Made by a program: the position numbers and the translations under genes. Source: Candidatus Moanibacter sp. (lineage in GTDB: Bacteria; Verrucomicrobiota; Verrucomicrobiia; Opitutales; UBA2987). From it: 64,000 nt of DNA. Numbering within the stretch: the stretch's first letter is position 1; each line of letters opens with the position of its first letter. Of this stretch, positions 39,779 through 49,983 are shown in pieces. The stretch is from NCBI GenBank assembly GCA_965215885.1, contig CBDCEW010000038.1, positions 8,385 to 72,384 of the forward strand, in the 5' to 3' direction. The notes beneath the pieces are model-generated. The model searched no databases and was not told where the DNA came from. It saw only the letters and a program-made list of their open reading frames with translations.

Positions 39779-41146
39779 TCAATCGGTGAAAGAGAACGAA
39801 TAGAGCGTCGCCTCTCCCAGTTCGAAGATCAGCTGAACTTCCTGGCCCACCAGCGCCGACAGATCCTGTCCATCGCGCCAATGCACCGGGGCATCGGTCC
39901 CATCCGTTTGAATCGGTGTGCAATCGGCGAGGCTCATGGCATCGACATCCGCCACCGCCGCTCTGACCACGCCGCCATCTGCATCTGCACTAAGGCAGAG
40001 TTGACGCCCGGTGCAGTTCACGGGCTGCGTGACCAGCGTAGCGGTTTGAGTCTTGTTGGCCGGCGTTACCCCGGCAAACCCATCCGGTCGCAAAGTTGCC
40101 AGACCAAGAAAACCGGCCCGCCAGTCGGTGTGGCGGCCATTGCTGCCGCCGTAATAGGCCTGCAATCTCCCGTCCTTGAGAAACGGATAAGCCGCCCCGT
40201 AGACACAGCCCCAGTCAAAACTGCCATCCGGCCCGCGCGGGATCAACGGTGTTCCCGGGCAGACTCGCTCCCACTGCACGGTATCGCTACTCCAGGCCAA
40301 TTCGCAATCAACGAGGTCTGTCTCGGTATTGAACATCATCAACAGGCCCAGATATAAGTTAGCGTAGGGGAAGGCGATGAGGGTATAGGTCTGGCGCTCC
40401 GGCTCCTCCGGTAGGGCGCGCAGAACCTCGACAGCTTGAGTCCAGGTGTTGAAGTCCTGGCTCTCAGTGCGACCGACGATCCGCTCTCCGTCAGGGAAAC
40501 CGCCGTCCCACAGACGCGTCATGCCTACATACTTGCCATGCCGTTCATCCCAGAACAGATTGTTGTGGGTGTCCCATTTGGATTTAATCTCCGGACAGTC
40601 CTGGAGTTCGGACCAATGCAGTCCATCCGGCGAACTCGCAACTCCGCCTTTCAGGAACGCCTTAAACTTTCCCGACCGGTCCGGATCGTGGCGGTCCAGG
40701 GTTACCCCGGCACCGAGAGCATTGCGCATGACCAGATTATTCTGCGCGGAGCCCTGGAACTCGATTAACCCCAACTCGGGCTTTGTCCACTCAATACCAT
40801 CGGATGAAATCGCATAGCAGACGCCCATTTCTCGCCAATCTTTGATCTGACGTTCGGCCTTAGCTTTATCAAGCGCTGCCCGGTAGGTACCGCCCTCCCG
40901 CTGTTCAGGCGGGTAATCAGTAGTGGGTAGATCAATGATGAAAGGGTTGTATCAGCACTTATAGAGGCCGTCCTCCGGATCGAAGATTACATTTGCATAC
41001 AGGTTGTCGAAACGAACCTCCCAGGGAAGCTCCTCACCAAACAGTGGATTTTCCGCTGCCTTGCGAACCAGCCCCGGAATCACCTCCAAATTATCACCTC
41101 TCGCCCAGAGCGACCTGTCCAGCATCAGGTATTTGCTGTTGCTCAT
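39779..41146 (-). pseudogene. Propeller glycoside hydrolase-like gene with one in-frame TGA
   Basis: Single frame from ATG 41146 to 39779, broken only by TGA at 40952-40954 in YKC*YNPF. Confidence 0.8.
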
Positions 41147-41196
41147 AGGGAATTGTTTCCCGTTGTCCAAAAATTGGGGAGGCGCTCGCCTTGCGC

Positions 41197-41230
41197 AAAA
41201 AAGAAAGCCCGGACGGGGAACCATCCGGGC
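41197..41230 (-). terminator. Intrinsic terminator after the TonB-dependent receptor
   Basis: Minus strand GCCCGGATGG-TTCC-CCGTCCGGGC followed by TTTCTTTTTT. Confidence 0.75.
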
Positions 41231-41286
41231 CTTCTCAATTCAATTGATGAGCAATCGATACGCCGTCTTCTCAATTCACAAACGAC

Positions 41287-43533
41287 TCAGAAGCGAGCCG
41301 TGATCTTTGCTTTGATCCAGCGAGGATGGCCGCGCTGGGCAAAGCGCGCCGAAGAGATGGTTCCGAAAAACTCCTTGTCGGTGAGATTCTCTATATTCAG
41401 AGCCACCTCGTAATGCTCAGCGAACTTATAGCGGACACCGAGTTGGAACCAATCGTAGCCCGGAACCTTGAAGGCGTTGCCGCTGTCGCCCCAGCGTTCG
41501 GAGACGTGATTGTAGCCCAAGGTAATCGATAATCCCTCGAGCCCACCCTCATTGAATTCGTATTTGCCGAAAATTCCGGCCGTAAAATCGGCAATGCCTC
41601 GGAAGCCACGGCCGACGCGCTCTGGCCTGGTGTCTTTAGAGATGACGTTGTCGAGCCACCCCAATCCGCCGAAAATCTCGAAGGAATCGGTAATCTGAAA
41701 TCCGAAGTCGACGTCGTATCCATCAGAGATTACTTCACCGGTGGTCGTGAAGTTGCCGATATTAATTACGTCGGGCACGATAATGTTCGTCCGCGTGTAG
41801 TCAAAGTAGGAGAAGCTGAAGAACAAACGGTCATTCAAGACACGAAGTTTAGTTCCAATTTCGAATTGCTCCGTGGTCGGCTGGGGAAGAGGATTTCCTT
41901 GGGCGTCACTGCGTCCTGAAGCGGGCTCAAAGGTATCACTATAGCCCCCAAAGATGGTGATGTTCTCGGTGACCTTGAAGATACCCGCATAACGCGGAAA
42001 GACATCCGCGTAGGTGGTTTCGATCACACGCTCTGTAGGATTGTCGCGGTCCCCGGGAAGCCGGGTTACGGTCGTATCCTCCCAGGCGTAGCGCATCCCG
42101 GCAGTCACCACCAACCGACCGTCAAAGAACCCAATCTGGTCCTGCACGAAAACGCCGCCCACGAACGCGTCAGTCTCCGAATCACGGAGTGCGGAACGCA
42201 CCTGGCCATCGGGCGGAAAGGCGCCGCTGATAGTGGTGTCATCGTCGATGTTGGGACGAGACTCCCCGTAGACCGGGGCGAAGATGTTAAAGTCCGGCGT
42301 GAGGGCGGTGCGTTTATTTTTCCCTTTCGAATCCCTCTTGTGGGCTTGCACGCCCAAGAGGACCTTGTGACTGATGCCCCCAGTATTGACCTTACCAACG
42401 AGATTCCACTCCGTGTTGATCCCGTCTTCGTCGAGAGGAATCTCCTGAATGAAGCGCGGCCACAATTGGATCTGTGGACCTGGATTGCTGATAAAGGTCT
42501 CGATGCGGTCCTGGTTGAAGTTGGTGTAGACAGTGTGAAGCTTCATGGACCAGTTCGAGTTAAACCGGTGTTCAAAAGTGGTATCGAAAAGATGAGTCTG
42601 ACCTTTGAGCTTATCGCGCGTGTCTCCACGCATACAGGTGGGCGGAAGGTCGAGGAAGATACCCCCGAACCCAAGGTGCGTTCGTCCCTGCGCCTCCGGC
42701 GGGATTTCGTCCGGAACGGAAGGGTGCCAAGCGGGGCAGGCAAAGTTCTTGCGTCCATCATCGGCTTGCATAAAATAGCGAACGATCAGACTCGTTTTCT
42801 CGCTGAAGTTGAACTCGAGCATGGGCATGAATATCCACCTCTCGTTGAAGGCGAGGTCCTTTGCGCCGTCGCTGTCTTCCCAGGAAAAAACGAGGCGCCC
42901 GTTAATGGAGCCCTTTTCGCCCTTGTGCAACTGACGGTTGATGTCGATGCCGCCACGGTAGTGGTTGTGCTCGCCGGCTTCGAAGAAAATCTCGGTAGCA
43001 GGATCGGCGCTGGGGCGCTTGAAGACGAAGTTGATCATACCACCCAGCGATCTACTGCTGTAGAGCACGGCGGCCGCCCCCTTGATCACCTCGATGCGCT
43101 CATACGGGTACATGTCGCGCTGGCGGTCAGCGGTTCTAAAGGACAGCCCGTCGTTCTGAATGCTTGGGCTGAAACCGCGAATGAAAACGCCGTCTCTTCG
43201 ATTCTCTCCGACCCCCACGTTGCTGACATAGCGCAGGGCATCCTGCACCTGCCACGAGTTGGTGTCTTCGATAAACTCCCGGTTCAACACCTTGAGGTTG
43301 AGGGGCAGATCCATGATGGGTGTATTAGTTTTGAGCCCGGAGATGGCACGGGCGGCGAGGTAGCCGGAATCTGACTTGGCATCGACCACGAATTCCGACA
43401 GTACCACGATTTCCTCTTCGTCGCTCTGGGCTTCCCCCTGGGAGAAGAGCTTACTCGTTTGCAGGATAAGCAAAGCAGGTACCGCAAGAAGCGATCCCGC
43501 GATTTGATATAACTTCAATGTTTTCATTGTCAT
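41287..43533 (-). CDS. TonB-dependent receptor
   Basis: Signal peptide, TonB box VVLSEFVV, plug ERIEVIKGAAAVLY, LNIENLTDK, C-terminal Phe. Confidence 0.93.
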   Translation of the reverse strand: MTMKTLKLYQIAGSLLAVPALLILQTSKLFSQGEAQSDEEEIVVLSEFVVDAKSDSGYLAARAISGLKTNTPIMDLPLNLKVLNREFIEDTNSWQVQDALRYVSNVGVGENRRDGVFIRGFSPSIQNDGLSFRTADRQRDMYPYERIEVIKGAAAVLYSSRSLGGMINFVFKRPSADPATEIFFEAGEHNHYRGGIDINRQLHKGEKGSINGRLVFSWEDSDGAKDLAFNERWIFMPMLEFNFSEKTSLIVRYFMQADDGRKNFACPAWHPSVPDEIPPEAQGRTHLGFGGIFLDLPPTCMRGDTRDKLKGQTHLFDTTFEHRFNSNWSMKLHTVYTNFNQDRIETFISNPGPQIQLWPRFIQEIPLDEDGINTEWNLVGKVNTGGISHKVLLGVQAHKRDSKGKNKRTALTPDFNIFAPVYGESRPNIDDDTTISGAFPPDGQVRSALRDSETDAFVGGVFVQDQIGFFDGRLVVTAGMRYAWEDTTVTRLPGDRDNPTERVIETTYADVFPRYAGIFKVTENITIFGGYSDTFEPASGRSDAQGNPLPQPTTEQFEIGTKLRVLNDRLFFSFSYFDYTRTNIIVPDVINIGNFTTTGEVISDGYDVDFGFQITDSFEIFGGLGWLDNVISKDTRPERVGRGFRGIADFTAGIFGKYEFNEGGLEGLSITLGYNHVSERWGDSGNAFKVPGYDWFQLGVRYKFAEHYEVALNIENLTDKEFFGTISSARFAQRGHPRWIKAKITARF

Positions 43534-43564
43534 TTGTTTGAATGGTTAAGGTTAAATGTTTAAT

Positions 43565-43602
43565 TTATGGGTTATGGGTTATGGGTTATGGGTTATGGGT
43601 TA
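43565..43602. repeat. (TTATGGG)5 simple sequence repeat
   Basis: Five perfect heptamers about 30 nt upstream of the receptor start. Confidence 0.9.
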
Positions 43603-43950
43603 AAATGTTAATAACATCTAATGAAGCTCTGCGGCGCCATCGATGTGTCAAGGAAAATCTTCTCGATCGTACTGAAAAATCGAAAGCCTCTCCCGGCCGC
43701 TTCCAGGCACGCATTAGTCATTCCCGAGTACGTGCCCGGCGAGTCGCTGGCACCACCGCCGCAGGCGACGGTTGCCGCAGGGTGACGATGGGTCCTCATA
43801 CCTATCAGTCGTGTAGCCGGACGCGCAAGCGTGCGGTCTTGGAGGCACGGAACTGACCAGCGACACCCAATTCCCTCTGGTCTCGCCCAAATACCACCCC
43901 TATTCCCTTTACTAACCGCCACCGGTTCAGCTACAATAGAACCCATCTCC

Positions 43951-45039
43951 ATGGGAAATTCTGAAAAGATATGGCATACGCGTCCACTGGCGGGTGATTA
44001 CGGCGAACCCGGGCTAGCGATAGAACCGCCCGTAAATCCGCGCTTTGCGCACCTCGCCTGGCCCCGGCTCACGCTGACCTCACAAGGCACAATCATTGCA
44101 TCCTATATCGCGGCGCGGTTTCATGGCCAACACGGCGAAGGCAGTCCCGCGATCTCCATCTCCAAGGATCGTGGAGCCACCCTGACGCCACCACATATCA
44201 TCCATGAATTCGATGCCGGTGGAGAGTATACGCACAGCGGCAATACGGCCCTCGGAGTCGCCGGCGACGGTGCCGTCATCAATTTGGCCATGGGCTTTCG
44301 CGGCGACGAAGCCCACACCATCCTCGGCTGGAGATCCGAAGATGAGGGAACAACCTGGGCCCCCGTCGACACATCCAAACTGGCGGATGACCGGAGTGGG
44401 TCCGTATATGGCAACATCTTGTCTCTCCCGGACGATCGCCTCATGGTTTTCGGACACTTTCGCAGCCCGAGACCGGAGAAAGGGATCTGGGTGGCAACGT
44501 CCGAAGACAATGGCAGGTCCTGGAGTTCACCCAGGCAAATTGCCGATGCCAAACTTGTGGAGCCGGCCGCCACATTTACGGAAGGACGGATAGTCGCACT
44601 ATACCGCCAAAGTAATAAGCCTCTCCACAGTCGCACCTGGCAGGCGGTGTCCGACGATTTCGGAAAGACCTGGGAGATCAAACGGGATGGAATTGTCAGT
44701 TCGGACCCGAAAGAGTACCGGCTTCCCTCACCGTTCGTCACCTTCGATCCGGCCAAGCCGTCCCTTCTTTATTCACTTGTTACCGAGCGTCATTTTCCCG
44801 GAAATACGCCCGGGTCGATCAGCTTGTGGAGTGCGGGTCTGCATGAACTGGAATGGAAAAAGATCGGCTTGATTACCACGCTACCGAGCGATGAGGAGAA
44901 TCTCAACCGGGACTTCGGCTATCCCTGGATGGTGCCTCTCGGAGGAAACAGGTGGTTTCTGCTGTTTTATTTCGGCGAGAGTACCGGGCCCTGCGCGCTA
45001 TGGTCGCTGGAGTTGGAAATTGATAATGTAGATCTGTGA
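43951..45039 (+). CDS. BNR/sialidase-family protein, paralog of 15257-16354
   Basis: Colinear and highly similar (NPRFAHLAWP, YTHSGNTALG, NLNRDFGYPWMVPLGG). Confidence 0.88.
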   Translation: MGNSEKIWHTRPLAGDYGEPGLAIEPPVNPRFAHLAWPRLTLTSQGTIIASYIAARFHGQHGEGSPAISISKDRGATLTPPHIIHEFDAGGEYTHSGNTALGVAGDGAVINLAMGFRGDEAHTILGWRSEDEGTTWAPVDTSKLADDRSGSVYGNILSLPDDRLMVFGHFRSPRPEKGIWVATSEDNGRSWSSPRQIADAKLVEPAATFTEGRIVALYRQSNKPLHSRTWQAVSDDFGKTWEIKRDGIVSSDPKEYRLPSPFVTFDPAKPSLLYSLVTERHFPGNTPGSISLWSAGLHELEWKKIGLITTLPSDEENLNRDFGYPWMVPLGGNRWFLLFYFGESTGPCALWSLELEIDNVDL

Positions 45040-45423
45040 GTATTCACCCAAAATCTGGATTAACTCGAACTCGAATTAATCCTGCCTAACGAAGCCGCCC
45101 TGCATAAGTCCCAGGACTCTGCGGCTTCCCTGCGGTCAGCCTGCCGAACCGTCGAACGGGCACCCAAAGAGTCACGACTGACATATGTCCAGTCCGGATC
45201 AAAGTTGACACGAATTTATGGGTTTCAAATGTCGGGTCTTAGTGATCAGGAGACCTTCAAAGGTGAGTCACACTTAGTTCCTACACTTCGTCGGGAACAC
45301 TTAGTCTTACCACTTAGTCCCTCGCAACAAAGCTAATCGACTAAGTGGCGGGACTAAGTGCAATCGACTAAGAGTTCTGCAGTGTCGCATCGTCCCTCCT
45401 ATCGGTTTTCGTGTCAACCTATG

Positions 45424-45605
45424 CTAGCCCGGACATTTCACAGATTTCGTAGCGAGACAGCGTAGATTGCTGCATATCAGAGCCTTTCCGCAGGGCGGCG
45501 GGCGACAGCGTGTTGGAACCCTCTGAGGTCGGCGGACAAGGGAAGGCTTTGATATGTAGTGAGATCCGCGGTCGTAGTAGAAGGTCTGTGAGATGTTCGG
45601 GCTAG
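45424..45605. mobile_element. MITE with CTAG-bounded TIRs, copy 2
   Basis: Diverged copy of 14140-14330. Confidence 0.85.
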
Positions 45606-45665
45606 AACAACACATATGGCAGTGTACCGATCCCGCTCAGCGGGAGACACCTTCCTATATGCGGG

Positions 45666-46454
45666 TTAGCTCCCTGTTGAGCGGTAGTGCCGCACCCCGA
45701 ATTCCCAGATTCTGAGGGACACGGCGAGAAAGAGGACGCCCACCGCTGGCGCTATCCAGTGAAATATCGGGTCGGTTTGAGACATCCCATCTTCGCGCTC
45801 GAGAATTGCAAGCGCCGGGTAGTAGGTGACGCAGGCAAGTGGTATCACAAAGATGAAGAGTTTCTGGAACCACGGCCGGTAGATTGGAATTGGGTACTGC
45901 GCCGCTTCCGTTCCCCCATATGTGACCATATTCATCAATTCGAGGCTTTCCACCGTCCAGAACGCCATTGTCGCCTGGAGGACAAAGAGCCCGATGAAGA
46001 GGCACATGCCGCCAAATATCGCAAATCCCATGAGCGCTCCTTTGGCCATCGTCCAGTCAACCTGCAGTGCCCCCGACGCCCAGAAGAGAACCAGGAGCCC
46101 CTGGCTCAACCGACCGATCCTCATGAGGTGGATCTCCCGCGCCGCCACCTGCAGCACCGTGCTGCGCGGACGGGCCAGCATGCGGTCGAATTCACCCGTG
46201 CGCACGAGGTTGGGGAAATCATCAAATCCGCGGCCCACGCTCTCCGCAATGGCAAATGCCACGTTGATTATCCCGTAGAATAGCGCCACTTCCTCCAGTT
46301 GCCATCCGCCGAGATTTCGTGCGAATATCTCCGTTGCGGTGACGAAGAAATGCCCGACGGACATGAGGATAAAGGATACCCGATACTGCAACTGGCTCTG
46401 CACCGAAATCGACAGGTATCGAAGATACAGCCGAGCGCATTCTCTCCCTTTCAC
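45666..46454 (-). CDS. ABC-2-type exporter permease (DUF990-like; 5' end uncertain, small internal deletion likely)
   Basis: QLQYRVSF, GEFDRMLARP, QYPIPIY, RHYRSTGS. Confidence 0.8.
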   Translation of the reverse strand: MKGRECARLYLRYLSISVQSQLQYRVSFILMSVGHFFVTATEIFARNLGGWQLEEVALFYGIINVAFAIAESVGRGFDDFPNLVRTGEFDRMLARPRSTVLQVAAREIHLMRIGRLSQGLLVLFWASGALQVDWTMAKGALMGFAIFGGMCLFIGLFVLQATMAFWTVESLELMNMVTYGGTEAAQYPIPIYRPWFQKLFIFVIPLACVTYYPALAILEREDGMSQTDPIFHWIAPAVGVLFLAVSLRIWEFGVRHYRSTGS

Positions 46455-46458
46455 TCTG

Positions 46459-47905
46459 CCTCGTCAGCATTGGGACTTTCGGGTTCAGGCAAATTAGAAA
46501 GCACTTCGAAGCTCTTAAAAGCCAAGCTTTTCTGATAGTGAGATTTATATTGCGGTTAAAGCCCTCCACAATGCCGCAGGAAAAGGCCTTTTTGGCCCGA
46601 AACCAGTTGAGGATGAGCGGCTCGTGTTTGCGCACCGAGCGCACCGAACCTTTTGATCGGTTTGAGGCGCGAACAGCATGGCGCGCGTGCACCATTTTTT
46701 CAGATACCATTGGGCCCAGTAGGGACTTTTATAATGCCACAAGAGCTGAAAGCTCTCCTTTAGTAGATAGGCCCGCACGCTCTTCAGATCGTATTGGAGC
46801 ACCTCCTTGAGGCGGATCTGTTGGGTGGGGGTGAGATTTGCGGATTTTTCAAGAAACAGTATTTGCTTTTGACCAGCACGTTGATGTAGCCGTCCCGTTG
46901 CAATCGCCTGGCTTCCGCAGCACGAATCTCATTGAGGGCCTTGTTCAGGTTGGCTACCAAGTGGAAGCGATCGAGGATGTGCAGCGCCTGGGGTGCCTTT
47001 TTCTTGATCACTTTGAGGTAAGGCTTCCACAGATCCGAGCAGACGTAGAGGATCTGGCTGCTCTTTTGCGCTCCCAATTCCCAGAAAAAACGCAAGAGCG
47101 ATTTTACGTTGCGCTTATTGAATACGCCCAATAGCCGCCGCCGCCCCTCGTCAAGCTGGTAGACCACGGTGAGATAGTGATGGCCTCGATGATACTGCAC
47201 CTCATCGACTCCGATCGCCTCAATCCCGCTCATATCGCGCCGTTTGAGCCCCCAACGCACCATCGCCTCGACCGACTCGAAGACGTTGCGCCAGTTCGTG
47301 CACCCTTGCCGTCTCTTCCCAGCTCAAGCGCCTCGCCCACTGGGCCAGAAACCATTGCATTGGCCAACTCAGATGACTCTTGCCCTTGGCCCAGGGCACC
47401 TCTTCGACCTTCACCCCGCACCGCCGGCAATTGACCCGCCGCATGCGGTAACGAAAATACACCTTCATCCCCCACATGCCGCACAAATTCAAAATGCCTC
47501 GCCTCGCTCATGTGGTCGTAGCCGCTGGCCGTCCGGCCACACCCCGAACAGCACACCCGACTATTCTTGCGCGGCTCAATCTGCACCACAATCGCCTCCA
47601 CCGATTTCACCATTTCCATACTCGCCTTTGCGTAAACAAAGCTCTTGAGCCAATAGCACCGATTCAGTAGCGTTTTGATGAGCACTGGGTCCTCGTGTTC
47701 AGGATGTATTTTCGGTACTACTTTCATCCTCGGAACGGCCCGGTGCTTCAACCTTTCAATCCCATATGCAAAGAAAACACCGACCAGCCCCTCCGGCTGT
47801 GGAGGAGCGGGTTTCAGGGCAGCGCCCTGACTTCTCCTTGTGCTCACCGACTCTATTTCCTCTTGTAAGCGACGTTACCCACCCACAGATTCTGCTGTAG
47901 ACCCC
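46459..47905 (-). mobile_element. ISL3-family element, transposase multiply frameshifted
   Basis: Zn finger CSGCG and CRRCG, IGVDE, SDLWKPY, DRFH, VEGFN spread over several frames. End GGGTCTACAGCAGAAT. Confidence 0.88.
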
Positions 47906-47953
47906 AAAATTCTTTTTTACGTATCAATTCCAGAATAACAAGATGAAGGCGGT

Positions 47954-48745
47954 CTAGCCTCCCTGGATGACGAGGCGCTTTACCCCAATTCCCATCACGA
48001 GGCGCCCGACGAATACGATTACAACCACCCAAAGAATCTGTTGTGCAATCAAAAAGGGGGCTTCCGTAACCGGCAAGTGGCCCATATACAGCCGAAAGGG
48101 AACATCGACGATGCCCCGAAACGGAAGGGCGTTGAGGATTGGCTGCGCCCAGTCCGGAAAAAGCGGCAGCGGCACAACCATACCGGAAAATATCATCACC
48201 ATCCCGGGTACGAGACGAATGATCCCCTCGCCCGATATTGTCCAGAAGAGGGACACCGTGATAAGAACCGTAAAGGCGCTGCTCAGGAGGATCGCAACTC
48301 CGACGGAGACCGCGAATGCAACCGCCGATCCCATGGAAGGAGGAGGTTCCAAACCGAGGAATAACCCGGCCACAACGAACATCGGCAGCGCGCGGAGAAA
48401 CGCCGGCGCCATGCGCATCGCCATCGCCCGAGCATACCAGAGCCAAAACAGCTCCACCGGCCGGATCATTTCATACCCCACGTCACCCGTCCTGATCATG
48501 GCCGCGATTTCCCGGTCCATGTTCCACGGCATGAGAACGAACATGGCCTGCCCAAGCCAGATGTAGATGATGGTTTCCCGTAATGTCATCGGTTGAGGCG
48601 CGGTCGTCGAATGGTAAAAGGCGGCAAATATCATCACCCGCATCAGACCCCAGAAAAGCTGCGTTGCAAAACCGGCGAAGGCTGCCGCTCGATATTGCAG
48701 AAGTACCCGGCAGCGAGCACTGAAGATCGCCCAGTACGGCCTCAT
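47954..48745 (-). CDS. ABC-2-type exporter permease
   Basis: QYRAAAFAG, IRTGDVGYEMIRP, FSG..VPLPLFP, LVIQGG. Confidence 0.88.
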   Translation of the reverse strand: MRPYWAIFSARCRVLLQYRAAAFAGFATQLFWGLMRVMIFAAFYHSTTAPQPMTLRETIIYIWLGQAMFVLMPWNMDREIAAMIRTGDVGYEMIRPVELFWLWYARAMAMRMAPAFLRALPMFVVAGLFLGLEPPPSMGSAVAFAVSVGVAILLSSAFTVLITVSLFWTISGEGIIRLVPGMVMIFSGMVVPLPLFPDWAQPILNALPFRGIVDVPFRLYMGHLPVTEAPFLIAQQILWVVVIVFVGRLVMGIGVKRLVIQGG

Positions 48746-49725
48746 GTCTCTCCTTTTCCGTACAACTTCGCGACGATTTCCTCGATGGGAGGATTCTCCA
48801 CGAACAAATCGCGGATTACATGCCCCGCGGCGATCCTGGATATGAGTTTGTCCGCTGCAATCTCATCCGGGTCAAACCGAAGCCATACCCTGTGTCCCTC
48901 CTGACGGATTACCTCCACGTTCTCATCGACTATGCTGTCGCCCTCATTTTCAAGGTCCACTATCAACCGGCGTTCACCCGTCACTCGGGAGCGCAACTCT
49001 TCAATCGAGCCGTCCAGATAGAGGGATCCCTCGTCGATGACAATCAGCCGGCGGCAGAGCGCCTCAATATCATCCATATCATGCGTCGTAAGGATCACCG
49101 TTACTCCGCGCTCCCGGTTGAGACGCCGGATGAAATCCCGAACCGCGAGCTTGCTCAAGGCGTCGAGCCCGATGGTCGGTTCATCGAGGAAGAGAAGCCG
49201 CGGTCCGTGCAACAACGATGCGGCAAGGTCGCACCGCATCCGCATCCCAAGGCTTAGCTGGCGGACGGGAGTATCGAGCATCGGTTCGAGAGACAGCGCG
49301 GCAACCAGTTCGTCCCGATTCTCACGATATATCGATGGATCGATTCGGTAGATGTCGCGCAGCAGGTCGAACGAATCCATTACGGGGAGATCCCACCACA
49401 ACTGCGTCCGTTGCCCGAACACCACGCCGATTTGACCGACAGTTTCCACCCTGCTCTTCCAGGGCACACGCCCCAACACGGATACGGTGCCGGCATCGGG
49501 GACCATGATTCCCGAGAGGATTTTGACCGTCGTGCTCTTCCCCGCGCCATTGGGGCCGATGTAGCCCAGCAGTTCGCCCTCTTCGAGCGAAAAGGATATC
49601 CCGTCAAGAGCCTTGACGGTTCGGTGCTTTCGCCTCAAAACGCCCGCAAAAGCGCCCCTCAGCCCCTGGGCACGCTCGGCGATTTTGAAAGTCTTTGTGA
49701 GGTTCTCAACGGTGATCTGCGGCAT
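48742..49725 (-). CDS. ABC exporter ATP-binding protein
   Basis: GPNGAGKST, LSLGMRMR, LDEPTIGLD, TTH. Confidence 0.93.
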   Translation of the reverse strand: MPQITVENLTKTFKIAERAQGLRGAFAGVLRRKHRTVKALDGISFSLEEGELLGYIGPNGAGKSTTVKILSGIMVPDAGTVSVLGRVPWKSRVETVGQIGVVFGQRTQLWWDLPVMDSFDLLRDIYRIDPSIYRENRDELVAALSLEPMLDTPVRQLSLGMRMRCDLAASLLHGPRLLFLDEPTIGLDALSKLAVRDFIRRLNRERGVTVILTTHDMDDIEALCRRLIVIDEGSLYLDGSIEELRSRVTGERRLIVDLENEGDSIVDENVEVIRQEGHRVWLRFDPDEIAADKLISRIAAGHVIRDLFVENPPIEEIVAKLYGKGET

Positions 49726-49983
49726 CGGAAGCCCTCCGTAATCCGAGATTTCCCCTACAAAAATTCATAAATATCAAAAAATTACAATTTGGTTTCGCTT
49801 TCTAGTCCGCTTTTCGTGTGAAATAGGCGGAATGATTCTCTGGTAGAAACAAACGTCCCCGGAGGGGCCGTTCCACCACTAAATACCTTGCTACGGGTGA
49901 ATCGGGCGCTCCGCGCACGATGACAATTCACTCAATTCGACGTCTCCGCCCGACTTGCCGGGTTGGAAAAAAAACAAGATAAT

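Noticed and set aside
40952..40954. Selenocysteine or alternative genetic code
   Set aside because: The position corresponds to Trp rather than Cys, and TGA is used as a normal stop in many genes here.
42340..43374. Long antisense ORF (344 aa) and similar shadow ORFs
   Set aside because: They lie opposite well-supported genes and have no recognisable motifs, which is typical of GC-rich DNA.
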